Source: Puniceicoccales bacterium
GTDB taxonomy: Bacteria; Verrucomicrobiota; Verrucomicrobiia; Opitutales; JAIRLG01
Length of the DNA: 34,550 nt
Assembly (NCBI GenBank): GCA_031255915.1
Contig: JAIRRP010000005.1
Location: 1-34,550, forward strand
Reading direction: 5' to 3'
The notes below the pieces were generated by a model. That model made no database searches and was not told the DNA's origin. It worked only from the letters and a program-made list of their open reading frames with translations. The position numbers and the translations under genes were made by a program. Positions within the stretch are counted from its first letter, which is position 1. Every line of letters begins with the position of its first letter. Shown piece after piece: positions 1-7,696 of this stretch.

Positions 1-1059
1 GCCATGTCCGGTGGCGTAGACAGCTCCGAATCAGCTTTATTGTTGCAACGACAAGACATAAATATCATCGGTGCCTACATGCGGACATGGCACAACCAAG
101 ACCATCATCAACCACTCAGCCAATGCCCATGGGAAGAGGATATCCATCAAGCGCACACGGTGGCCAAACAATTGCAGATACCTTTCTCCATCATTAATAT
201 GATGGAGCATTATCAGCAGTGGGTCGTAACACCTCTGGTCGAAGGATACCGCCATGGGATAACTCCCAACCCAGATATTCTCTGCAACCAACATATTAAG
301 TTCGGACTCTTGGCCGATTACGCCCGCGAATCAGGCTGTTCGGGAATAGCTACCGGACATTATTGCCAAAAAATGACCCATAGCGACGGTAGTTGCGATC
401 TATGGGAAGGAGCGGATCCCCATAAAGATCAATCCTATTTCCTCGCCTACATCTCTCAGAAACAACTTCAATTCGCCCAATTTCCCATAGGTCATCTTTA
501 CAAAGCAGACGTACGCGCACTCGCCTCTCAAGCTCAGCTATGTAATGCCACCCGAAAAGATAGCCAGGGAATCTGCTTTTTAGGCAAGGTAAAAATTCAA
601 GATTTTCTCGCCCACTACATCCCCGACTTTCCCGGGGAAATCATCGACACAGAAGGGCACATTTTAGGAACACATAATGGCCTCCATAGATTCACCTTAG
701 GCCAACGCCACGGACTTCAGATCCCGTCGAATCGCGACCATGAACATTACGTAGTCGTAGCGAAATATCTGGAGAAAAATCAGCTCATTATAGCCCTAGA
801 ACACCCCTCCTCCGAGCACCTCTTTCGAAAAAAAATTTCTCTGCATAATGTCCACTTCATCCGCGAAAAGATCGAACATCCTCAGCACCTTTTAGGACGT
901 CCGAGATACCGAGATCCTGCCCAAAAAATTTACTTCGAACCTTCGGGACCTACCTCCGCCATCGTAGAATTTGCAACACCGCAACGGGCGCTGACCAGCG
1001 GCCAAGTCCTGGCCTTATACGAAGAAAAACGCCTCCTCGGCGGAGGCATATACGTTTAA
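1..1059 (+). CDS. mnmA: tRNA 2-thiouridine(34) synthase MnmA (5' end cut by window edge)
   Basis: ORF 4..1059 opens at the window edge with the PP-loop motif SGGVDS, which normally sits ~10 aa into MnmA. Further MnmA-type motifs are present: GITPNPDILCN, KDQSYFL, SQGICFLG. Confidence 0.9.
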   Translation, partial: AMSGGVDSSESALLLQRQDINIIGAYMRTWHNQDHHQPLSQCPWEEDIHQAHTVAKQLQIPFSIINMMEHYQQWVVTPLVEGYRHGITPNPDILCNQHIKFGLLADYARESGCSGIATGHYCQKMTHSDGSCDLWEGADPHKDQSYFLAYISQKQLQFAQFPIGHLYKADVRALASQAQLCNATRKDSQGICFLGKVKIQDFLAHYIPDFPGEIIDTEGHILGTHNGLHRFTLGQRHGLQIPSNRDHEHYVVVAKYLEKNQLIIALEHPSSEHLFRKKISLHNVHFIREKIEHPQHLLGRPRYRDPAQKIYFEPSGPTSAIVEFATPQRALTSGQVLALYEEKRLLGGGIYV

Positions 1060-1188
1060 GAAAACATATTTTCGCCGAGACTCACCTTCTCTTATCTCAC
1101 CTTGCTGGAGTTCATCCCATCTTCTGAAAAGTGATAAATTCTATTCAGACATTGGCCATGCCATGCGAACCAGGTTGTAGACGTGAAA

Positions 1189-1337
1189 CTAGAGGGTGTC
1201 GTCAAAAAAGATTAACAAAGGGAAAAAGAGAGGGAAGAAAGATGGAATGGAAAAAAGGACACATAAAAGATTTGTTTCTACATTCCACATCTGCCCTATC
1301 TCTCTTTTCGTTGCCTGATTTTGATGACATCCTCTAG
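1189..1337 (+). mobile_element. Family A MITE-like hairpin element, copy A1 (forward orientation)
   Basis: The ends read CTAG-AGGGTGTCGTCAAAA ... TTTTGATGACATCCT-CTAG. The GA-rich left arm is imperfectly complementary to the CT-rich right arm. It aligns along its length to copies at 1521, 14182, and (reverse) 3745, 21891, 34495. Confidence 0.8.
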
Positions 1338-1377
1338 GTTCCGGAAGGTTTCTAGGACGTCTCCGGTCGATGAGGCG

Positions 1378-1486
1378 GGTTTGCCGCCTTTGAGCCCTTC
1401 GGGCTCTGGCCCGCTACGCGGGCTGCGGTAAGAAAAAATGAAAGCTCCCGCTTTGCATTTTTTCCTTACCGCAAAGGCGGCAAACC
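1378..1486 (+). repeat. Family B four-helix-junction palindromic element, copy B1 (F orientation)
   Basis: Closing stem GGTTTGCCGCCTTTG/CAAAGGCGGCAAACC encloses three hairpins: GAGCCC-TTC-GGGCTC, GCCCGC-TAC-GCGGGC, and the long GCGGTAAGAAAAAATGAAAGC-TCCC-GCTTTGCATTTTTTCCTTACCGC. Confidence 0.85.
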
Positions 1487-1520
1487 GAGAGCTCCCGAGC
1501 TTAGGAGTTTCGTCGTTGTC

Positions 1521-1659
1521 CTAGAGGATGTCGTCAAAAAAGGTTAACAAAGAGAAAAAAGAAAGATGGAATGGAAAAGAGGACATATAGGAGACTTGTT
1601 TCTGTATTCCACATCCCCTCTCTCTCTTTTTGTTGCCTGATTTTGACGACGCACTCTAA
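1521..1659 (+). mobile_element. Family A MITE-like hairpin element, copy A2 (forward)
   Basis: Ends read CTAG-AGGATGTCGTCAAAAAAGG ... CTGATTTTGACGACGCACT-CTAA. The terminal CTAA (1656-1659) contains the TAG stop of the minus-strand pseudopilin gene. Confidence 0.8.
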
Positions 1660-2312
1660 CTCACCGGCGTCGTGGCTATTGGAACAGCACCACTGTCCGT
1701 CGTGGCGGCTTCGATGGGACTCGTACAGGCGCTATCGTCCAGTGCCTTTACAAATTTATCCGTCGTATTTTCAAACCACTCCACATGTCCATCTAGGAAA
1801 GCCACCAGCCCTCCCTCGTTTCCATAGATCCCGTTTTCCCAGTTTCCACTGGAAAGATTTAACCCACGGGTCCAGGCGATCGGCGTCGTCGTAGCCGGTG
1901 CATAGGGATCTATCCCCGCCAGCATGACGACACTGGGATTACCCCAACCATTGGTGGATGTACCTATGGTACCTTTAATTGTTCTTGGTAGTTCCTTATT
2001 CTTGAGCACCGGATCATCCTTCCATAAAAACATAGTAGGCTCATTGAGCACACCGGCATCGGCCAACACTTTTGCCCAGGCATAGGCCGTCTTCGCCGTT
2101 GCGGGTATCGCGCGCAATTCACCGGAAAAACCACTGCTGTAATTCATAAATGCCATCGCCACCTGGCGCATATTATTGGCACCACGAGTACGCCGCGCAC
2201 TCTCCATCGCCTTTCGAACCGATGGCACTAATATGGAAGACAGTATTGCGATGATCGCGATCACCACCAATAATTCCATGAGCGTAAATCCATACCCTTT
2301 TTTATTCTCCAT
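1656..2312 (-). CDS. prepilin-type N-terminal cleavage/methylation domain protein (type II secretion/type IV pseudopilin-like, DUF1559-like)
   Basis: N-terminus is MENKKGYG|[22 protein letters not shown], the class III signal (G|FTLxE plus hydrophobic helix). The C-terminal [14 protein letters not shown] motif is typical of the PVC-type family. ATG at 2312 is preferred over the GTG at 2321. No other pilus or T2SS genes are adjacent. Confidence 0.8.
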   Translation of the reverse strand: MENKKGYGFTLMELLVVIAIIAILSSILVPSVRKAMESARRTRGANNMRQVAMAFMNYSSGFSGELRAIPATAKTAYAWAKVLADAGVLNEPTMFLWKDDPVLKNKELPRTIKGTIGTSTNGWGNPSVVMLAGIDPYAPATTTPIAWTRGLNLSSGNWENGIYGNEGGLVAFLDGHVEWFENTTDKFVKALDDSACTSPIEAATTDSGAVPIATTPVS

Positions 2313-2402
2313 AAAACCCACTTCTTCTAAGGCTATATTCGATTTTTTACGAACCGAGACCGAACTAATGTCGCCTTATTGAAGATAAATTCCGACCTTC
2401 CG

Positions 2403-3650
2403 TCAATACCTTAAAGGAAATCTTTGGCAAAGTCGTTGCACCTCTGCGCGGATATTTTCTTGAAGGCCCACATTTCCTGGAGAGGATAATGTTTCCCATA
2501 TCCACGAGGCGATGGACTTCATCTCATGCTCCCTCATGCCACGAGTCGTTACCGCCGGTGTCCCCAAACGCAATCCACTCGCATGAAAAGGACTTCGCGT
2601 TTCTCGAGGAACGGTATTGTGATTTGTCGTGATACCCGCCCGTTCCAAAACAGCTGCCGCCTGCCTGCCCGTCAATTCTGGAAACGACGGCCGCAGGTCG
2701 AGCAACATGAGGTGATTCTCCGTCCCTCCACCGACAATAGCCAATCCCAGGCCCTGTAATTCCGTAGCTAATACACGCGCATTTTCCAAAATCTGCCCCT
2801 GGTAGGTCTTAAATTCTGGCCTCAACGCTTCCCAAAAACAAACCGCTTTCCCGGCGATGACATGCATCAGCGGACCACCTTGACTCCCCGGAAAGACTGA
2901 ACCGTCAATGGCTTTTGCCCATTTCTCCTTACACAAAATCATACCTCCGCGCGGACCACAAAGGGTCTTATGGGTCGTCGTCGTGACGAAATCAGCATGA
3001 GGAACAGGTGAAGGATGCAAGCCTGCCACGACCAATCCCGCGATATGGGCGATATCGGCCAGCATCAACGCTCCCGAAGCACGGGCGATCATCCCTACCC
3101 TTTCAAAATCAATGACCTTGGGATAGGCCGATGCCCCAATCGTGATCAATTTCGGATGTGCTTGAAAAGCCATTCGCTCCAAAGAACCGTAATCGATCGC
3201 ACCGGTATGAGGATCAATGTCGTAATGCAGTACCTCATAAAGCATTCCGCTGAGGTTCTTGCTATGCCCATGCGTGAGATGCCCACCATTCTCGAGCGAG
3301 AGCGTCAAAATCTTATCTCTTGGCTGCAACACCGCCGTGTACACCGCGAGGTTTGCCTGCGTTCCCGAGTGAGGTTGAACATTCGCATGTTCTGCCGAAA
3401 ATAATTGTTTCGCACGTTCGATGGCTAAATTCTCGACCTCATCGACATAACCACATCCGCCGTAGTAACGCTTTCCAGGATATCCTTCCGCATACTTATG
3501 GGTCAAGATACTACCGACCGCTTCAAGCACTGCTGGCGATGCGAAGTTCTCCGAAGCGATCAACTCGATCCCATTGTTTTGCCGATGAAGCTCATTCTGT
3601 ATCAGGCGAAATACAACGGGGTCCTGCTGTGCTAAAGGCGAGATAGTCAT
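2403..3650 (-). CDS. glyA: serine hydroxymethyltransferase
   Basis: The PLP-lysine motif TTTTHKTLCGPRGG and the LIASENF motif are present. The N-terminus MTISPLAQQDPVVFRLIQNE matches the usual SHMT start. The longer ORF to 3761 would run into repeat A3, so the ATG at 3650 is chosen. Confidence 0.93.
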   Translation of the reverse strand: MTISPLAQQDPVVFRLIQNELHRQNNGIELIASENFASPAVLEAVGSILTHKYAEGYPGKRYYGGCGYVDEVENLAIERAKQLFSAEHANVQPHSGTQANLAVYTAVLQPRDKILTLSLENGGHLTHGHSKNLSGMLYEVLHYDIDPHTGAIDYGSLERMAFQAHPKLITIGASAYPKVIDFERVGMIARASGALMLADIAHIAGLVVAGLHPSPVPHADFVTTTTHKTLCGPRGGMILCKEKWAKAIDGSVFPGSQGGPLMHVIAGKAVCFWEALRPEFKTYQGQILENARVLATELQGLGLAIVGGGTENHLMLLDLRPSFPELTGRQAAAVLERAGITTNHNTVPRETRSPFHASGLRLGTPAVTTRGMREHEMKSIASWIWETLSSPGNVGLQENIRAEVQRLCQRFPLRY

Positions 3651-3744
3651 ATAATGTTTTAAACTATGCACAGTGCCTGAAGCTACGGCAAATGAATTTT
3701 TAGAGTTTTCGTCTCCCACGGTTAACTGCGTACCTAATTTTTTT

Positions 3745-3892
3745 CTAGAGGGTGTTGTCAAAATTAGACAGCAACCTCCTCATCTTGTTCCACTTATCTA
3801 ATAGGTTATGTTTCCTACGTGTCCTTTTTTTCATTCCATTTTTCTTCCCTCTCTTTTTCTCTTTGTCAATTTTTTTTGACGACACCCTTTAA
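3745..3892 (-). mobile_element. Family A MITE-like hairpin element, copy A3 (reverse orientation, one arm diverged)
   Basis: Ends read CTAG-AGGGTGTTGTCAAAATTAG ... TTTTTTTTGACGACACCCT-TTAA. The right half aligns closely to the reverse complement of A1. The left half is diverged. Confidence 0.7.
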
Positions 3893-4023
3893 ATCTTCTA
3901 CACTTTTCCTAGCTTTTTCTTTCGCCTTTTTCAGCCTTCTTTCTGTCCTTTTTCTAAAATACTTCCGCTCTTTTGAGCTTCTACACGGCATTACCTTCAG
4001 CGGCGTCTCCGTTTTTTCCGGCG

Positions 4024-4129
4024 GGTTTGCCGCCTTTAAGCCCTTCGGGCTTGCCCGCTACGCGGGCTGCGATAAGGAAAAATGAAAGCTCTCGGCTTTG
4101 CATTTTTCCTCATCGCAAAGGCGGCAAAC
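4024..4129 (+). repeat. Family B element, copy B2 (F)
   Basis: Same architecture as B1. The hairpin-1 closing pair is A:T (AAGCCC-TTC-GGGCTT). The long-hairpin base is GCGATAAGG/CCTCATCGC. The apical loop is TCTCG. Confidence 0.85.
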
Positions 4130-4229
4130 AAAACGAAGCCCCCGGCCGCTCAAAATTTCCACAATCCGAAACTCCCACAGTTGAATATCTCCCCACAATC
4201 CATTAACTCCTCAGAAAATCCATTCATCT

Positions 4230-5462
4230 ATGACACCTTCTGACTCATGGGCCACGGACCAGATATACAGCATATCATCCCTCACCGAACACATTAAAAA
4301 CCTCCTCAGCACTCACATTCCCATGCTATGGATTCTGGGAGAAATCTCGAACCTCCGGCAACAAAGTTCCGGACATCTCTACTTCACATTGAAGGACAAG
4401 CACAGCCAAATCGCATGCGTCCTATTTCGTGGCAATGCCCTACACCTCTCCTCCCCACTGGAAAACGGAAAATCGATCCGCTGTTACGGAAGTTTAGAAA
4501 TTTACGCCCCCCGAGGCCATTACCAATGGATCGCACGCCATATACTGCCCCATGGAACGGGGCAACTTGAGGCCGAATTTCGACGCCTTAAGGAAAAATG
4601 CCAGCGCGAGGGACTTTTCGACGCCCAACGAAAACACCCTATCCCTTTGGCCGCTCGTCACATCGCCATCCTCAGCTCCCCTACCGGAGCTGCATTGCAG
4701 GATTTTCTTCAAATTTTACGCCGTAAAAACTGGAGAGGCGAGGTTACACTCTTCCCTTGTCGAGTCCAAGGAAATGATTCCATTCGAGATTTCCTCCATG
4801 GCCTCGACCAAGCCGAATGTTCTTCGGCCGACCTCATTGTCTTGGCTCGCGGAGGTGGCAGTGCCGAGGATCTTTGGACATTTAACTCCGAAGTTCTTAT
4901 CCACAAAATCGCGAATTGCCAAAAACCCATCATCTCGGCCATTGGCCATGAAACCGACTCCACCTTGGCAGATTTTGTAGCCGATCTCCGCGCAGAAACA
5001 CCTTCCGGAGCTGCGGAAATCATCGCAAGCTCCTATCAAAATGCTCTCCAACAATGGCAATGCCTCCAACAACGCATCGACGATCGACTACAACATTGGC
5101 AACTTCAATACAGACATTTTTTACAACTCCTGAAACAGCGTCTGGAACAGGCATCTCCTTCGCGATACAGGGAAAAATGGCAATACGACCTCCAGCGCCT
5201 ATCCTTCCAGCTTCATGAAAAAGCTCTGCTCTTATGGCGACAAAAGCAGTCACTCCTCTCCGATCTTCAAAACCGTTCCGAACGTTTTAATTTAGCCCGT
5301 AACCTGCGCAATGGCTTTCTAATCGCACAAAGCCTCCGGGGTGAGATCATTAAAACCCGCCAAGCGATATTACCGGGCACCGAGTTCATCCTGCATCTTT
5401 GCGATGGCTCCGTACGAGCACTCAGCACAATGCAGCTCGATGAAAGAACGAAACCACACTGA
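4230..5462 (+). CDS. xseA: exodeoxyribonuclease VII large subunit
   Basis: 410 aa. It has an N-terminal OB-fold region (WILGEISNLRQQSSGHLYFTLKDKHSQIACVLFRG), a catalytic core (ARGGGSAEDLWTFN, ISAIGHETD) and a C-terminal coiled-coil tail. Confidence 0.9.
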   Translation: MTPSDSWATDQIYSISSLTEHIKNLLSTHIPMLWILGEISNLRQQSSGHLYFTLKDKHSQIACVLFRGNALHLSSPLENGKSIRCYGSLEIYAPRGHYQWIARHILPHGTGQLEAEFRRLKEKCQREGLFDAQRKHPIPLAARHIAILSSPTGAALQDFLQILRRKNWRGEVTLFPCRVQGNDSIRDFLHGLDQAECSSADLIVLARGGGSAEDLWTFNSEVLIHKIANCQKPIISAIGHETDSTLADFVADLRAETPSGAAEIIASSYQNALQQWQCLQQRIDDRLQHWQLQYRHFLQLLKQRLEQASPSRYREKWQYDLQRLSFQLHEKALLLWRQKQSLLSDLQNRSERFNLARNLRNGFLIAQSLRGEIIKTRQAILPGTEFILHLCDGSVRALSTMQLDERTKPH

Positions 5463-5472
5463 TCCCATCGAA

Positions 5473-5558
5473 TGGTGGTGGGGGAGCGATTCGAACGCTC
5501 GAAGGGAAAACCCGTCAGATTTACAGTCTGCATCCTTTAGCCACTTGGATACCCCACC
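5473..5558 (-). tRNA. tRNA-Tyr (anticodon GTA), class II with long variable arm, CCA encoded
   Basis: Hand-folded. Acceptor GGTGGGG/CCCCACC, anticodon loop CTGTAAA, long variable arm, T arm GAGCG-TTCGAAT-CGCTC, 3' ACCA. Confidence 0.9.
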
Positions 5559-5633
5559 GTGACAGGAACTGGACTTGCTGCAAGCTAGAAGCACTCTCCT
5601 CGTTAGCAAGAAATTTTTTCCAAAAAACAATAC

Positions 5634-5659
5634 ATCACCGAAGGATATCCTTTGGTGAT
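5634..5659 (-). terminator. candidate rho-independent terminator downstream of alr
   Basis: Near-perfect 26-nt palindrome ATCACCGAAGGATATCCTTTGGTGAT. On the minus strand it is followed by GTATTGTTTTTTGG. There is one central mismatch on that strand, and it lies ~200 nt past the alr stop. Confidence 0.35.
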
Positions 5660-5858
5660 CAAAATTGGCATTCCTATCAAGGGAAAATGCCATAACCGAT
5701 ACCCTATGAAAAAAATCCCGTCGGCATCGGCGCAAGATACACACATGCCGGCATTATGAGATCCATTTTTCGTCAAAAACGCCAAATAACTTAGACCGTC
5801 ACTTATCGAACGGCCATAGGCCGCAACTTTGGGCATCTCGGTGCACGCGTTATCCAGA

Positions 5859-7004
5859 TCACTTATATACCCTCTGTACCCGTGCTGAAATCGAGCAAAG
5901 GCATTCCCGGATGATATGGTTTGACCAGTAGCAGAATTCGTTGGCCGTGATCTCATTCTCGCCATCGCGACCGATCCATGTCACGCGGTCTCCGGCGTGA
6001 ATCGGTACCTTTGCATCGGTGATGTCGAGCATGGCCTGGTCCATGGCCACACGGCCAAAGACCCTAAATCGCTGACCATAGATCATGGCCTCTGCCCTAT
6101 TCGAAGCGCTGGTGGAAATCCCATCGGCGTAACCGGCACTCAGGACGGCGATGCGCGTGGGCCTGCGCGTCACCGCCATGGCGTCATATCCCACAGGAAC
6201 CCCTACCGGAAGCATCTTGACGAGACTTACTCGACTGTAAAAACTCAAAATAGGCTCTAGAGCAAGGGCTTGAATAAAAGGAACCTGTGAATCTGGCCCT
6301 ACTCCATACTGCAATGCACCTATTCTGGCGGCATTACAAGGAGAATCCTTCCAATCATCTTGGAGCGCAAAGCTGCTGCTTTCATGAATCCATATACCGG
6401 CATCACATCCATAATGCCCTAGCCAATCATGAAAGCGTTGACGCTGAAGTTTCGTATATGTTTTATCCGAGCAAACACAGGAAAAGTGCGTAGCTATCCC
6501 CGTAAGCCTGATCCAAGGCCCTGAAAGATATTTCTTCACCTCTTCCTGCAGGGGATCCTCATACCAAAATCCCGCACGGCCCATACCGGTATCTATTTTC
6601 AGATGGACCGAGATGATTCTCTCATGCCCACATGCCCAAGACTGTAAATGTGCTAATTCATCGACACTGGAGACAAAAGGAGTCAATTGATATTCGAACA
6701 AAAGCGGGATCTCATCGGGGAGCACTGGACTTAAAATAAGTACCGGAAGTGTTACATCTTGCTCGCGAATCTGGAGTCCTTCTTGCACATTGGCGACCCC
6801 GAAAGCATCGACACCAGCGCGTAATAACCGCAAAATTACGGAGGGCATACCATGCCCATAGGCATCGGCTTTCACCACCGCTATATGGCGCACGTAAGGA
6901 GGTAGGTAGCGACGAATGCGGGCGATATTGCGATCGAGAGCAGCCAAATCGATTTCTACCCAACTGCGCAAAGCCCGGTGATTAGCTATAGGTGAGGAAG
7001 ACAT
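5859..7004 (-). CDS. alr: alanine racemase
   Basis: The PLP-lysine motif VVKADAYGHG is near the N-terminus, and length and architecture fit alanine racemase. The ATG at 7004 (GGAG 11 nt upstream) is preferred to the TTG at 7013. Confidence 0.88.
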   Translation of the reverse strand: MSSSPIANHRALRSWVEIDLAALDRNIARIRRYLPPYVRHIAVVKADAYGHGMPSVILRLLRAGVDAFGVANVQEGLQIREQDVTLPVLILSPVLPDEIPLLFEYQLTPFVSSVDELAHLQSWACGHERIISVHLKIDTGMGRAGFWYEDPLQEEVKKYLSGPWIRLTGIATHFSCVCSDKTYTKLQRQRFHDWLGHYGCDAGIWIHESSSFALQDDWKDSPCNAARIGALQYGVGPDSQVPFIQALALEPILSFYSRVSLVKMLPVGVPVGYDAMAVTRRPTRIAVLSAGYADGISTSASNRAEAMIYGQRFRVFGRVAMDQAMLDITDAKVPIHAGDRVTWIGRDGENEITANEFCYWSNHIIRECLCSISARVQRVYK

Positions 7005-7157
7005 TTTTCTCAATTCTCCATTGGGAATGGAGGGTAAAACGATCTACGCCCCGTGGAAATAATAAAAAAATGAAAAAGAAGTACGCCGATTTTTCAAAAA
7101 AAGCCAATGGGAAAATTTCCTAAAGGTTCCATGACTCTCGTCCTACCTTAAGTTTTT

Positions 7158-7266
7158 GGTTTGCCGCCTTTGCGCCCAAAGGGCTCCTGGCACGCGATGC
7201 GGGCCGCGCTAAAGAAAAATGAAAGCTCCCGCTTTACATTTTTCCTTAGCGCAAAGGCGGCAAACC
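7158..7266 (+). repeat. Family B element, copy B3 (F)
   Basis: GGTTTGCCGCCTTTG ... CAAAGGCGGCAAACC. Hairpin-1 loop is AAA, hairpin-2 loop is GAT, and the long-hairpin base is GCGCTAA/TTAGCGC. Confidence 0.85.
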
Positions 7267-7508
7267 CGGTGCTCAGATCCTCACCGATGCTGCGATTTTG
7301 CAAAAAAGCGAATCGAAGCCACCTAAAGAATATCCCCCCTTTTCATCCTTAAATTCCATCTTCCTCTCCGCCGAATTTTCCTTAAATGAAGACCACTGAA
7401 TCATTCCTCGCACTATTTTTTGCAACAATATGAAGAGGTTCGCACAGCTTAGCAACCCAACTGCAAGCACTTCTAAAATGCCCGTAGGGCTTCACTGATT
7501 CCCATCAA

Positions 7509-7586
7509 TGGGGTGGCTAACCGGGTTCGAACCGGTGACCCTCGGAACCACAATCCGATGCTCTAACCAACTGAGCTACAGCCACC
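7509..7586 (-). tRNA. tRNA-His (anticodon GTG) with encoded G-1 and CCA
   Basis: Hand-folded. G-1 plus acceptor GTGGCTG/TAGCCAC, discriminator C73, anticodon loop TTGTGGT, T arm ACCGG-TTCGAAC-CCGGT. Confidence 0.9.
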
Positions 7587-7696
7587 AATGCATCTGGGCT
7601 ACGCAATCGCTTCCTCTCCCTTTGTCAAGCAGAGCCTATACTCAAGGAAACTTAAATCACGAATTTAATTACCCAGAGATGAGGTCTAGGCAATTC

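Noticed and set aside
1378-1486. Family B as a tRNA-like gene or pseudogene because of its cloverleaf topology.
   Set aside because: It has no T-loop (TTCRANY) or D-loop motifs and no 7-nt anticodon loop. The helix lengths (15/6/6/21 bp) are incompatible with tRNA. The three real tRNAs in the window fold canonically.
1438-1524. Both strands of the long B hairpin carry a Shine-Dalgarno-like AAGGAAAAATG. In F sense, four of six copies keep a mini-ORF beginning MKAPALHF(F/S)L(T/S/I)AKAAN.
   Set aside because: The SD-ATG is a by-product of the palindrome (AAGGAAAAATG pairs with CATTTTTCCTT). Two copies (7158, 24486) are frameshifted by a 1-nt shorter arm. The peptide tails differ completely. The variable codons are the compensated stem positions. 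Ribo-seq could still be used to check.
1656-2312. The pseudopilin gene as a marker of a pilus, T2SS or novel secretion locus.
   Set aside because: No secretin, ATPase, platform or prepilin peptidase gene is adjacent. PVC genomes are known to carry many scattered orphan genes of this family.
3651-3761. N-terminal extensions of the longest ORFs for glyA (to 3761), nusA (from 29939), infB (from 31314), LptF/G (from 7849) and alr (TTG 7013).
   Set aside because: Family-typical N-termini begin at internal ATGs. The glyA extension runs into repeat A3. The extensions have no recognisable sequence.
3973-4206. ORFs that read through family B copies and give similar peptides (GLPPLSPSGLPATRAA.RKNESSR...). 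They are 3973-4206 +, 7161-7352 +, 24439-24645 -, 7725-8147 + and 21585-21920 +.
   Set aside because: The similarity is only the translation of a repeated DNA element. The frame is broken in copy B1 (stop after ...LRGLR). The ORFs differ in extent and flanks. Inter-copy substitutions preserve base pairing rather than amino acids.
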